Of a stretch of 64,000 bases of DNA, positions 47,363-56,167 are shown one piece after another. This stretch comes from an uncultured Candidatus Saccharibacteria bacterium. Lineage in GTDB: Bacteria; Patescibacteriota; Saccharimonadia; Saccharimonadales; JBBQAJ01. The notes under the pieces were generated by a model, which did no database searches, was not told where the DNA came from, and was given only the letters and a program-made list of their open reading frames with translations. Within the stretch, counting starts at the first letter, position 1; each line of letters opens with the position of its first letter. The stretch spans positions 453,283 through 517,282 of the forward strand of contig CAZQHP010000001.1 of assembly GCA_964593805.1 (NCBI GenBank), given 5' to 3'. The translations under genes were made by a program, and so were the position numbers.

Positions 47363-47986
47363 ATGGCTGAATTTGGACAAGACCGAGGCAACCGCCCCAA
47401 CCGCGATAATCGCCGCGACGGTATGCAAGAAGAAAAACAATTTGACGAACGAGTCGTTCACATTGACCGCGTAGCCCGCGTAGTTAAGGGCGGCCGCCGC
47501 TTCCGCTTCCGAGCGCTAGTGGTGGTAGGCGACCACAAGGGCAAAGTGGGCATTGGCATTGCTAAAGGCGCGGACGTAACTTCTGCTGTCACAAAGGCGG
47601 TGGACGTTGCCAAAAAGCATTTTGTGACCATTCATATAGTCAACGGTACTGTTCCGCACGAATCAGAGGTCAAAGTGGGCGGTGCGCGGATTTTAATTAA
47701 ACCAGCCGTACTTGGTACCGGTTTGATAGCCGGAGGAGTTGTTCGCACGGTTCTGGAAGTAACCGGTATCAGCAACGCGTTGTCCAAATCACTCGGCTCT
47801 AGTAATAAAATCAACACCGCTTACGCCACTCTCGCCGCGCTTCAAGCTATAGAGCATCCGGACAAATGGATTACCAAGCAAGGCAAAAAAGCTAACAGCA
47901 AACAGTTGACAGCTGACAGCAAAGAAACTAAAAAACTGGCGACCAGTGGCAAGTCACTGGCTACCGCTCCCAAGGAGTCCACATGA
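47363..47986 (+). CDS. rpsE: 30S ribosomal protein S5 with basic N- and C-terminal tails
   Basis: ATG at 47363 (MAEFGQDRG) follows SD GGAGG. Has VVKGGRRFRF. The ORF-track start at 47282 overlaps rplR. Confidence 0.94.
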   Translation: MAEFGQDRGNRPNRDNRRDGMQEEKQFDERVVHIDRVARVVKGGRRFRFRALVVVGDHKGKVGIGIAKGADVTSAVTKAVDVAKKHFVTIHIVNGTVPHESEVKVGGARILIKPAVLGTGLIAGGVVRTVLEVTGISNALSKSLGSSNKINTAYATLAALQAIEHPDKWITKQGKKANSKQLTADSKETKKLATSGKSLATAPKEST

Positions 47987-48453
47987 AATTTCATGAGCTA
48001 AACGTCACATCAAACAGCGCCTCTCGGCGCGTTGGGCGCGGTATAGCTGCTGGCCAAGGTAAAACGGCTGGCAGGGGTACAAAGGGACAAAAGTCCCGTG
48101 CCGGCAGCGGCCGCCGTCCTGGCTTTGAAGGCGGCCAAAACCCCCTGATGCAACGCCTGCCAAAATTGCGCGGGTTTCGCAGCAACCGTGTGGCCATGGA
48201 AACTGTATACACGGGCCAATTAGACAACTTGGGGGCAACAATAGACAACTTTACGCTCGCAGACGCCGGGCTTATCACCAGCCCCTATGTGCGCGTTAAA
48301 TTAGTGGTAAAGGGCGATGTTGCAAAAAAAGTGACTGTTAAGTTGCAGGCAGCCAGCGTTTCTGCCGTAGAGGCTTTGCAAAAGCATGGCGGCAGCTTCC
48401 AGGCAACACCGCAAGTAGCCCGCCAAAAACAAGAAAAACCAGAAAAGAAGTAA
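47983..48453 (+). CDS. rplO: 50S ribosomal protein L15
   Basis: 156 aa. Has GRGIAAGQGKTAGRGTKGQ. It follows rpsE directly, with no L30 gene between them. Confidence 0.95.
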   Translation: MKFHELNVTSNSASRRVGRGIAAGQGKTAGRGTKGQKSRAGSGRRPGFEGGQNPLMQRLPKLRGFRSNRVAMETVYTGQLDNLGATIDNFTLADAGLITSPYVRVKLVVKGDVAKKVTVKLQAASVSAVEALQKHGGSFQATPQVARQKQEKPEKK

Positions 48454-48536
48454 GTTTTATATAGGCTCAGTCTTGGTGAAGTTCTGGTGTTAAGCTATAC
48501 TTTAGTAGATTTATAAAGAGACAAAGAGGGTAGTTA

Positions 48537-50036
48537 ATGAGTTGGAAAGTTATCTGGACATCACTCAAAAGCAGCGATATGCGCAAGCGGATTCTGGCTG
48601 TTTTGGGCATGCTTCTGATTTTCCGCATCTTAGCCCACATACCTATTCCGCTTAGCAATCCGGAAACTCTCAAACAGGTCCTGGAAAACCTATTTACCAG
48701 CTCTCAAACACCTACTTTGCTTAGTTTTATAGACGTACTTTCTGGCGGAGCATTGGCTAACTTTTCAATCATGCTCGTTGGGCTGGGCCCATACATTAAC
48801 GCGTCCATTATTATTCAACTCCTTACAAAAGCCATCCCCCAGCTAGAGAATCTGAATAAAGAGGGCGAATTCGGGCGCAAAAAAATCAACCAGTACACCC
48901 GTATGCTGACTTTCCCGCTGGCTATTATCCAGTCTGTCGGGGCAATTTATCTGGTTCGGCAGTCCGCGCAGCAGATTGGCGGCATAGGCGATATAACCGC
49001 AAACACATCCATGATGCAATGGGTATTGATGGTCGCGGCACTAACGGGCGGAGCCATGATTTTGATGTGGCTTGGCGAACTCATAACCGAACAGAGCGTA
49101 GGAAATGGTATTTCGCTGTTAATTACAGTCGGAATCGTCAGCAAACTGCCCGGCACTATTGCGTCCATACTCGGTTCAATTGTGGATAAAGGTAGCCAGT
49201 TTGTGGTGTTTGGCAAAACCTTGCCAATCAACAAAGCATCTCTGATATACGGGTTGCTAATACTGTTGATAGTCGTTGTGGTGACAGTGCTTATCGTGAG
49301 GCTCAATGAAGCTGCTCGCCAGATTACTGTGCACTACGCAAAGCGAGTTCAGGGAAATCGAGCGTATGGAGGTGTTACGACAATTTTACCCGTCAAACTA
49401 ATTACTGCTGGGGTGATCCCAATCATTTTTGCTGTCGCTTTTTTGAGCGTACCAAGTTTTGCCGGACAGCTGATGACAACATCTCACAGCGCCCATCTTC
49501 AAGAAATAGGGTCAAAACTAGTGCTATGGTTCCAGACGCCAACCGCGCAGACGCTCCGAAGTCCTGGACTTATACCTTACATCTACCCGGCCGTGTATTT
49601 CTTTTTAGTGTTTGTGTTTACGTTTTTCTATACCAGTATCACTTTTAACGCCAAGGAAATAGCTGAAAACTTACAAAAACAGGGTGGCTTCATAGCCGAT
49701 GTACGGTCTGGGACGCAAACTGAAAAGTATTTGGGGCGGCTGGTAAACCGGCTTACATTGTTTGGCGCGCTTAGTTTAGGTATGTTGGCGCTACTGCCTA
49801 TTATTGGCCAAAGGTTCTTGCAGACGAACATCGCCATTGGCGGCACCAGTATCTTGATCTTGGTGTCTGTTGCTCTGGAAACTTTGCGCTCCATAGAATC
49901 ACGCGCCCTGATGGTGACCTACGACCAATATGAACAACCCGATTTCTTCTACGACAGCGACCAGCCAGCTCAAGCGGCTACTGGTGGCAGGATACTAAGA
50001 TTTATACCACGGCCAAAGCGAAAAAAACAACAATAA
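48537..50036 (+). CDS. secY: Preprotein translocase subunit SecY
   Basis: 499 aa with 10 TM segments. Has a basic C-terminal tail. Confidence 0.95.
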   Translation: MSWKVIWTSLKSSDMRKRILAVLGMLLIFRILAHIPIPLSNPETLKQVLENLFTSSQTPTLLSFIDVLSGGALANFSIMLVGLGPYINASIIIQLLTKAIPQLENLNKEGEFGRKKINQYTRMLTFPLAIIQSVGAIYLVRQSAQQIGGIGDITANTSMMQWVLMVAALTGGAMILMWLGELITEQSVGNGISLLITVGIVSKLPGTIASILGSIVDKGSQFVVFGKTLPINKASLIYGLLILLIVVVVTVLIVRLNEAARQITVHYAKRVQGNRAYGGVTTILPVKLITAGVIPIIFAVAFLSVPSFAGQLMTTSHSAHLQEIGSKLVLWFQTPTAQTLRSPGLIPYIYPAVYFFLVFVFTFFYTSITFNAKEIAENLQKQGGFIADVRSGTQTEKYLGRLVNRLTLFGALSLGMLALLPIIGQRFLQTNIAIGGTSILILVSVALETLRSIESRALMVTYDQYEQPDFFYDSDQPAQAATGGRILRFIPRPKRKKQQ

Positions 50037-50171
50037 TTCTTATCTGGGAAACTTCTTTGCAAAGTATTGACAAGTCTGATATACTTGAGCCTTGTTATAC
50101 GAGCAGCACGCAGGAAAGCAGGAGTTTACTCATTCTTTCCGAGTGCTACGTCGTAAACGAAGTTATAATCT

Positions 50172-50390
50172 ATGGCGAACAAAGAGGTTATCGAACTAGC
50201 AGGAACAGTAGTAGAGGCCTTACCAGGTACTCAGTTCCGTGTTGAACTCGAGAACGGTCACAAGATTATAGCTCACGTCGCCGGTAAGATGCGGAAACAC
50301 TACATTCGCCTCGTGCCGGGGGACAGCGTTACGGTCGAGTTGACCCCTTATGATCTTACTAAGGGCAGAATCACCTATCGCAAGTCATAA
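50172..50390 (+). CDS. infA: Translation initiation factor IF-1
   Basis: 72 aa. Has an S1-like fold ([20 protein letters not shown]). Confidence 0.96.
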   Translation: MANKEVIELAGTVVEALPGTQFRVELENGHKIIAHVAGKMRKHYIRLVPGDSVTVELTPYDLTKGRITYRKS

Positions 50391-50438
50391 CAATATAAGC
50401 AGTGTGTCATTCACTACAGAAAAAGGAGAATGATCCGC

Positions 50439-50555
50439 ATGAAAGTGCGTGCAAGTGTCAAAAAAATCAGCCCCGACGACAAAATTGTGCGTCGTAAGGG
50501 CCGTGTTTATGTTATCAATAAGCTGAAACCTAAGCACAAGCAGAGGCAAGGCTAA
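50439..50555 (+). CDS. rpmJ: 50S ribosomal protein L36 (Cys-free form)
   Basis: 38 aa: [38 protein letters not shown]. It is below the ORF-track size cut-off. SD GGAG lies upstream. TAATG overlap with rpsM. Confidence 0.9.
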   Translation: MKVRASVKKISPDDKIVRRKGRVYVINKLKPKHKQRQG

Positions 50556-50941
50556 TGGCGCGTATCTCAGGTGTGACAATTCCGGATGGCAAGCAAGTGC
50601 ACGTAGCTCTTACTTACGTATACGGGATCGGCCCAAAAACGAGTGCGGTAATTCTGGCTGCTGCTGGCGTAGATGCAACAACTCGGGTAAAAAACTTGAC
50701 CGACGCGGAAATTGGTAAAATTCAGGACGTTATAAATGACCAGCACATGGTTGAAGGTGAACTACAGCGTGTGGTAGCTACGAATATCAAGCGACTCAAA
50801 GACATTAAATCTTATCGGGGCGAACGGCATAGCAAAGGCTTGCCAAGCCGTGGTCAACGTACTCGTACCAATGCTCGCACCCGGCGCGGTAAGAAAACTG
50901 CTGTAGGCGGTTCACAGCCTAAATCAGCGAGCAAGACATAA
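50555..50941 (+). CDS. rpsM: 30S ribosomal protein S13
   Basis: 128 aa. Starts MARISGV. Confidence 0.96.
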   Translation: MARISGVTIPDGKQVHVALTYVYGIGPKTSAVILAAAGVDATTRVKNLTDAEIGKIQDVINDQHMVEGELQRVVATNIKRLKDIKSYRGERHSKGLPSRGQRTRTNARTRRGKKTAVGGSQPKSASKT

Positions 50942-50947
50942 GGAATC

Positions 50948-51424
50948 ATGATGGCAGACCCTAAAACACCACCAGTTACAGATGAAAAACCAGAAACTAG
51001 CGAGCAGGTAGCTGCTACAGATGCAACGGCAGTAGTTGCTCCAAAAACGCCAAAGAAAAAGAAAGCCAAACGCTCAGTTCCGGCCGGACAATTGCATATC
51101 CTGGCAACTTTCAACAACACCATTGTGACTTTTACGGACAATGCCGGCGGTGTGCTGGCGACATCTAGCGCCGGCGCTTGCGGTTTTCGTGGTTCAAAAA
51201 AAGGCACCGCCTACGCGGCCCAAGTGGCAGCCGAAAAAGCCGGTCAATTAGTTAGGCAATTCTATGGATTAAGCCGGGTTGACGTCTACGTTAAGGGTAT
51301 TGGCTTGGGACGGGAGGCCGCCATCCGAAGCTTACAAAACATGGATATTCACGTTGAAAGCATCCGCGACGTAACTACGATCGCCCATGGTGGCGTCCGT
51401 CCGCGAAAGGCACGAAGGGTTTAA
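50948..51424 (+). CDS. rpsK: 30S ribosomal protein S11 with a ~35-aa N-terminal extension
   Basis: 158 aa. The S11 core begins at GQLHILATFNNTIVT. Confidence 0.94.
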   Translation: MMADPKTPPVTDEKPETSEQVAATDATAVVAPKTPKKKKAKRSVPAGQLHILATFNNTIVTFTDNAGGVLATSSAGACGFRGSKKGTAYAAQVAAEKAGQLVRQFYGLSRVDVYVKGIGLGREAAIRSLQNMDIHVESIRDVTTIAHGGVRPRKARRV

Positions 51425-51428
51425 TCGT

Positions 51429-52049
51429 ATGGCTAGAGATACCGGATCAATTGTAAAAATGAGCCGCCGCGAAGGCTATGCTCTTCATCCCAAAGCCCAC
51501 AAGGCTCTGGTTAAACGCACGGCTACGCCAGGCCAGCAAAATACTGGCCGCGGCTACCGCGCCAAAACTAGCCAGTACTCGCTGCAGCTGCGTGAAAAGC
51601 AGAAAGTGAAGCGTTTGTATGGATTGCTGGAAAAACAATTCAGCAACCTCATGAAAGAAGCTGCCCGGCGTGAGGGCCAGTCTGGCGAAATGCTTTTGCA
51701 GTTGCTCGAACAGCGTGCCGACAACGCCGTCTACCGTGCCGGGCTGGCAACTTCTCGCCGTGCCGCTCGCCAGCTTGTTACCCACGGCCACTTTATGATT
51801 AACGGCCGCCGTTTTGACATCCCGTCTCTCCGCTTAAAAGCGGGCGATGAACTAGTGGTGCGGGACCACGGCAAACAAACCGAGTACTTCAAGCGATTAG
51901 AAGATGTAAGTCCAGCTCCTGCCAGCCTTCCCGGCTGGTTGAAAGCTGACCGGAAGAAGCTGACCGTCAGCGTTACCGGTTTACCTACGCGCGAAGAAGC
52001 TGAGCCGGATATTAATGAACAACTAATCGTCGAGTACTACTCACGCTAA
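51429..52049 (+). CDS. rpsD: 30S ribosomal protein S4
   Basis: ATG at 51429 (MARDTGSIVKMSRREG). Has an S4 RNA-binding domain. The ORF-track start at 51387 overlaps rpsK. Confidence 0.95.
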   Translation: MARDTGSIVKMSRREGYALHPKAHKALVKRTATPGQQNTGRGYRAKTSQYSLQLREKQKVKRLYGLLEKQFSNLMKEAARREGQSGEMLLQLLEQRADNAVYRAGLATSRRAARQLVTHGHFMINGRRFDIPSLRLKAGDELVVRDHGKQTEYFKRLEDVSPAPASLPGWLKADRKKLTVSVTGLPTREEAEPDINEQLIVEYYSR

Positions 52050-52067
52050 GCCAAGGAGGCAAAACTT

Positions 52068-53009
52068 ATGTCAAAAATAATTCACACACCAGGAGTCGTA
52101 CGCGTTGATGAACACAGCGCCTTGAGCGCAACCTTCACAGTAGAGCCTTTGCACACCGGCTACGGTATGACGCTGGGCAATTCTTTGCGCCGAGTGCTGC
52201 TTTCTTCAATCGCGGGAGCGGCTGTCACTTCGTTCAAAATCGAAGGCGTTACGCACGAGTTTACTACGGTGAAAGGCGTCAAAGAAGACGCCGTAGACAT
52301 CATGATGAACCTCAAATCCATCCGCTTCCGCGTGTTTAGCGATGAGCCGCAAAACCTGCGTATTGTCCATCAGGGCAAGGGCGTTGTAACAGCCAAAGAT
52401 ATTCAGACAAACGCCGAAGTGGAAGTAGTCAATCCAAAGCAAATCATCGCCACTATAGACGAAGACAAGACAAAGTTTGTAATTGATCTGGTGGTGGAAA
52501 CGGGCCGCGGCTACCGAACCATAGAAGAAGGCGCTGCCAAAAAGGCTAGCGACCACGTTGCGCTAGATGCTATTTTCACTCCTGTTTTGCGCGTACGTTA
52601 CAAGGTTGGAAACACTCGGGTTGGTCAAATGACCGACCTGGACAAACTGTTGCTGAGCGTAGACACCGACGGGTCAATTACGCCCGCGGACGCGTTTGAA
52701 GAAGCGGCGGCAATTCTGGTAAACCAATACACGGCACTGGCCGGTCAGACACGCGTGGAAGCGTCTGCTCCGTTGTCTATGGGCGGCGAGGCTTCTGATT
52801 CCAAAGATTCTGATGAGCCCGCGGAACTGATGACTCCAATTGAAGACCTGAATCTTTCGGCCCGCACCACTAACGCGCTTATCAATAACGACATCCACAC
52901 CCTGAAAGACCTATTCGCACTGAGCGACACGGAACTCCGTGAGCTCAAGGGCTTTGGCAGCAAGGCCTTAGACGAAGTCAAGGAAAAGATGGCGGAGATG
53001 GAGCTCTAA
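52068..53009 (+). CDS. rpoA: DNA-directed RNA polymerase subunit alpha
   Basis: 313 aa with the N-terminal dimerisation domain and the C-terminal HhH domain. Confidence 0.96.
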   Translation: MSKIIHTPGVVRVDEHSALSATFTVEPLHTGYGMTLGNSLRRVLLSSIAGAAVTSFKIEGVTHEFTTVKGVKEDAVDIMMNLKSIRFRVFSDEPQNLRIVHQGKGVVTAKDIQTNAEVEVVNPKQIIATIDEDKTKFVIDLVVETGRGYRTIEEGAAKKASDHVALDAIFTPVLRVRYKVGNTRVGQMTDLDKLLLSVDTDGSITPADAFEEAAAILVNQYTALAGQTRVEASAPLSMGGEASDSKDSDEPAELMTPIEDLNLSARTTNALINNDIHTLKDLFALSDTELRELKGFGSKALDEVKEKMAEMEL

Positions 53010-53010
53010 G

Positions 53011-53475
53011 ATGCATCGCCACGGCTACAAAGGACGTAAATTTCATAGAGAGCGCGACCAGCGCGAAGCCCTGCTGCAGAGCCTGGCCGAGTCCTTGATT
53101 AAGCACGAGTCTATTGAAACCACTTTGCCAAAAGCCAAAGAAATCGTGCCCTACGTCGAAAAGCTTATAACCAAAGCCAAAAAGGGCGATTTACATAATC
53201 GCCGCCAGATTATCAGCGACTTGCAGACGATTGGAACCGCCCACAAGCTGGTAGATGAAATCGCTCCTAAGTTGACAGGACGCGACAGCGGACATTTGCG
53301 GGTGGTGCGAACACGCCTGCGCCGTGGAGACAATGCCCAGCTGGCCCGAGTAAGCTTTGTAGATGATTTAAAGGAAGCACCGGTTGCCAAACCGACCGCA
53401 GCACCCAAAAAGGTTGCCACCCCGGCCAAGAACCCCGTTGCTAAAAAGGCCCCAGCCAAGAAAGCGGCAAAATAA
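53011..53475 (+). CDS. rplQ: 50S ribosomal protein L17 with an A/K/P-rich C-terminal tail
   Basis: 154 aa. The L17 core is followed by a KPTAAPKKVATPAKNPVAKKAPAKKAAK tail. Confidence 0.94.
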   Translation: MHRHGYKGRKFHRERDQREALLQSLAESLIKHESIETTLPKAKEIVPYVEKLITKAKKGDLHNRRQIISDLQTIGTAHKLVDEIAPKLTGRDSGHLRVVRTRLRRGDNAQLARVSFVDDLKEAPVAKPTAAPKKVATPAKNPVAKKAPAKKAAK

Positions 53476-53915
53476 TGAAAACTTATAGCGCTAAACCAAC
53501 AGATGTAACCCGCAAATGGTATGTAATTGACGCTTCAGAAGCGCCCCTGGGCCGCATGGCTACTGTTGTGGCAACTCTTTTGACCGGCAAAGGCAAGCCT
53601 CAGTTTACGCACCACATTGACTGCGGCGATTTTGTAGTTATCATCAATGCCCAAAATCTAGTAGTTACTGGAAACAAGATGGAAGACAAGAAATATTATC
53701 GTTATAGCGGCTACCCAAGCGGTCTTACTACCACGGCCCTGCAGGACTTGATGGCCAAAGATGCCACCCAGCCAATTTACAAAGCCGTTCGCGGCATGTT
53801 GCCGGTAAACAAGTTGCGCGCCGAACGGCTTAAACGACTAAAGATTTACGCGGGCGCAGAGCACGAACATGCCGCCCAGAAACCAGAAAAATTATCAGTG
53901 AAAGCAGGCAAATAA
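53475..53915 (+). CDS. rplM: 50S ribosomal protein L13
   Basis: 146 aa. Has KWYVIDA. Confidence 0.96.
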   Translation: MKTYSAKPTDVTRKWYVIDASEAPLGRMATVVATLLTGKGKPQFTHHIDCGDFVVIINAQNLVVTGNKMEDKKYYRYSGYPSGLTTTALQDLMAKDATQPIYKAVRGMLPVNKLRAERLKRLKIYAGAEHEHAAQKPEKLSVKAGK

Positions 53916-53916
53916 T

Positions 53917-54321
53917 ATGGCAGACAAAGCAAAACACTATTTCTACGCGCTTGGCCGGCGCAAAAGCTCTACTGCCCGCGTTCGCCTAATGAACGGCAAA
54001 GGAACTATTACTATCAACGGCAAATCAGCTGCCGAATACCTAGCAGATAGCAAATCACTGCTGCACGAACTAGAACGTCCCTTTATAGCCCTTGAGATTC
54101 AGAATAAGTACGACGTCAGCGCCGTTGTTTCCGGTGGCGGGCACAGCAGCCAGATAGACGCTATCCGCCTAGGAATCGCCAAAGCCCTAGCTGTCATGAA
54201 CGAAGACCTCCGCAGCACACTCAAACGAGCTGACATGCTTGGCCGCGACCCTAGAGAAAAAGAACGCAAAAAGTTCGGCCTCAAAGGCGCTCGCAAACAA
54301 CGCCAGTTCACGAAGCGCTAG
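53917..54321 (+). CDS. rpsI: 30S ribosomal protein S9
   Basis: 134 aa. Has GGGHSSQ and a C-terminal KR. Confidence 0.96.
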   Translation: MADKAKHYFYALGRRKSSTARVRLMNGKGTITINGKSAAEYLADSKSLLHELERPFIALEIQNKYDVSAVVSGGGHSSQIDAIRLGIAKALAVMNEDLRSTLKRADMLGRDPREKERKKFGLKGARKQRQFTKR

Positions 54322-54403
54322 CGGCTTCGCCTTATGAGAGGGGAATATCCCCTCTCATCGCGCCGGCAAAATGGAATACATTTTGGCGGGCTGCTCACCC
54401 CTA
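54321..54403 (-). repeat. Double-hairpin repeat element, copy E (inverted orientation, abutting the rpsI stop)
   Basis: The reverse complement reads AGGGGtGAGCAGCCCG, hairpin 1 (CCAAAATG-tattc-CATTTTG), ccGGCGCG, hairpin 2 (ATGAGAGGGGA-tat-TCCCCTCTCAT), AAGGCGAAGCCGC. Confidence 0.8.
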
Positions 54404-54416
54404 AGACATAAAAAGG

Positions 54417-54444
54417 TTGACAGTATTGACAATGGTGGTATATT
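54417..54444 (+). promoter_or_regulatory. Promoter TTGACA-16-TGgTATATT
   Basis: -35 at 54417-54422 and -10 at 54439-54444. Confidence 0.6.
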
Positions 54445-54450
54445 AGACTC

Positions 54451-54561
54451 TATGTCAATAGACAACCATAGCACAACTTATTGGTTTACCGACTTTAACG
54501 AGGCGGTTATTTAAGTTTAGCTTTTTGCAAAACAACTCAACCGCCGAAACGGCGGTTTTTT
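54451..54561 (+). ncRNA. Candidate ~110-nt leader with alternative antiterminator and terminator pairings
   Basis: GGCGGTT (54502-54508) can pair with AACCGCC (54539-54545). That segment is otherwise the 5' arm of the terminator. Confidence 0.45.
54539..54561 (+). terminator. Intrinsic terminator
   Basis: AACCGCCG-aaa-CGGCGGTT followed by TTTT. Confidence 0.8.
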
Positions 54562-54579
54562 AATATCTGAGGAGGAAAT

Positions 54580-54834
54580 ATGACGGAAGGCAAACCGAAA
54601 CCGATAGAAATTATAGATGGCATCCCCCACGAAGTAACAATATTCATAGGTGATGGCAAGCTATACGATGCTGGGCACAAGGAAGGTGAGCCAATAAGGC
54701 AAGGTAGTAGACTTCTAAGACGCATAATCGATGTCGACCCAGCTCTGGGTGGTGTAGAAGAACCTCGGGTGACCATCACATCAGATATACCACCAATACC
54801 CGATGATCCGAACAAGCCTTGGTCCACTTGTTGA
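54580..54834 (+). CDS. Hypothetical small protein
   Basis: 84 aa. A strong SD (GAGGAGG) lies 7 nt upstream. It uses atypical codons (ATA, AGG, AGA). Confidence 0.45.
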   Translation: MTEGKPKPIEIIDGIPHEVTIFIGDGKLYDAGHKEGEPIRQGSRLLRRIIDVDPALGGVEEPRVTITSDIPPIPDDPNKPWSTC

Positions 54835-54958
54835 GTATAGGCAAGCCTACAGTAATTAAAATCAAAGAATAAGTCTTAGGATAGTAGATGACGCTGATTT
54901 GCGATAAGATAGGTATTAGTGGCGGAGCAAGTGGATATGACAATATTGGTACTTTGTA

Positions 54959-55147
54959 ATGTGTGAAGAATTGCCTTCAGAAACAGCGGCGTTAGAAGAC
55001 TCTTGCGTAGAGTCGACCGATGAAGGGGCTGTTTTTAGTGCTGAAGACATTGCCTTCGTGGCTCATGCTCATAAAATTGCCGCAGAAATTAACAGTATGC
55101 AAAGTGGAAATAAGGAAAGATTTGTGCCGTGGGGTAGATTGGATTGA
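54959..55147 (+). CDS. Hypothetical small acidic protein
   Basis: 62-aa ORF ending 3 nt before trpS. Confidence 0.3.
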   Translation: MCEELPSETAALEDSCVESTDEGAVFSAEDIAFVAHAHKIAAEINSMQSGNKERFVPWGRLD

Positions 55148-55150
55148 TTT

Positions 55151-56167
55151 ATGAGTAAAGAAGTAATTTTGACGGGGCTTCGGGCCAACAACGACCTGCA
55201 TATAGGCAACTATTTGGGGGCGCTTTTGCCTATGGTTGATATGGCAAACAAAAAGGCTGGCGAATACCAGATAAACTTGTTCGTGCCAGACCTGCATAGC
55301 TTTACGACGCCAGTTGACCACGGGTATCTACAGACGGGGATTATGCAAACCCTAAGCTTTTTCGTGGCCGCCGGACTGGATTTGGATAATTCAAGCATCA
55401 ATCTATATCGTCAAAGTTACGTTCCAGCACACAGCGAGCTGGCAATTATATTAAACGGCTTTACCGGCATGGGCGAAATGTCCCGCATGACACAGTTCAA
55501 GGATAAAGCCGCCAAGCAGGGCCAAGACCGGCTTAGTATTGGTTTATTTGATTATCCGGTACTCATGGCAGCTGACATACTGCTTTACGGCGCAAGGTAC
55601 GTTCCGGTTGGCGATGATCAAAGCCAGCACGTCGAGTTCGCGCGCGATATTGCACAGAGGATGAACGCAAAGTTTGGTGAGCTGTTTGTGGTGCCTGAAC
55701 CAGTCAAGAAACAACACGAGTTCTTTGGTAAAGACCAAGGGCTACGCATCCGCGACTTATTAGACCCGACCAAAAAGATGAGCAAGTCGGATGAAACTGG
55801 CAAGGGCGTCATATTCCTGACGGATACGCCGGCAGAGGCCAAGGCGAAAATTATGGTTGCGGCGACCGATTCATTTGGCGACGTTCAATATGACTACGTA
55901 GAACGTCCGGGAGTAAGTAATTTATTGGATATTTTAAAGCTACTTGGTGGCAGTCCGGATAAGTTCATTGGCCAAAAACAATACGGCGCACTTAAAACTG
56001 CCGCGTCTGATGTTGTGGCCGACTTTTTGACAGATTTTCAAGCGAAACTTGCCAAAGTGGACGAAAAGGCAGTGCTCCAAAAACTAGAAACTAGCGAACT
56101 TGCCATGAACGAGCAGGCAAACAAGACACTTTTAAAAGTTCAAAAAGCCGTTGGCCTGCGGAAATGA
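55151..56167 (+). CDS. trpS: Tryptophanyl-tRNA synthetase
   Basis: 338 aa. Has an HIGH-like motif (LHIGNYLG) and KMSKS. Confidence 0.93.
   Translation: MSKEVILTGLRANNDLHIGNYLGALLPMVDMANKKAGEYQINLFVPDLHSFTTPVDHGYLQTGIMQTLSFFVAAGLDLDNSSINLYRQSYVPAHSELAIILNGFTGMGEMSRMTQFKDKAAKQGQDRLSIGLFDYPVLMAADILLYGARYVPVGDDQSQHVEFARDIAQRMNAKFGELFVVPEPVKKQHEFFGKDQGLRIRDLLDPTKKMSKSDETGKGVIFLTDTPAEAKAKIMVAATDSFGDVQYDYVERPGVSNLLDILKLLGGSPDKFIGQKQYGALKTAASDVVADFLTDFQAKLAKVDEKAVLQKLETSELAMNEQANKTLLKVQKAVGLRK

Noticed and set aside
50057-50245. 62-aa ORF overlapping the infA leader and start.
   Set aside because: It overlaps infA in another frame, has no SD, and its composition is not protein-like.
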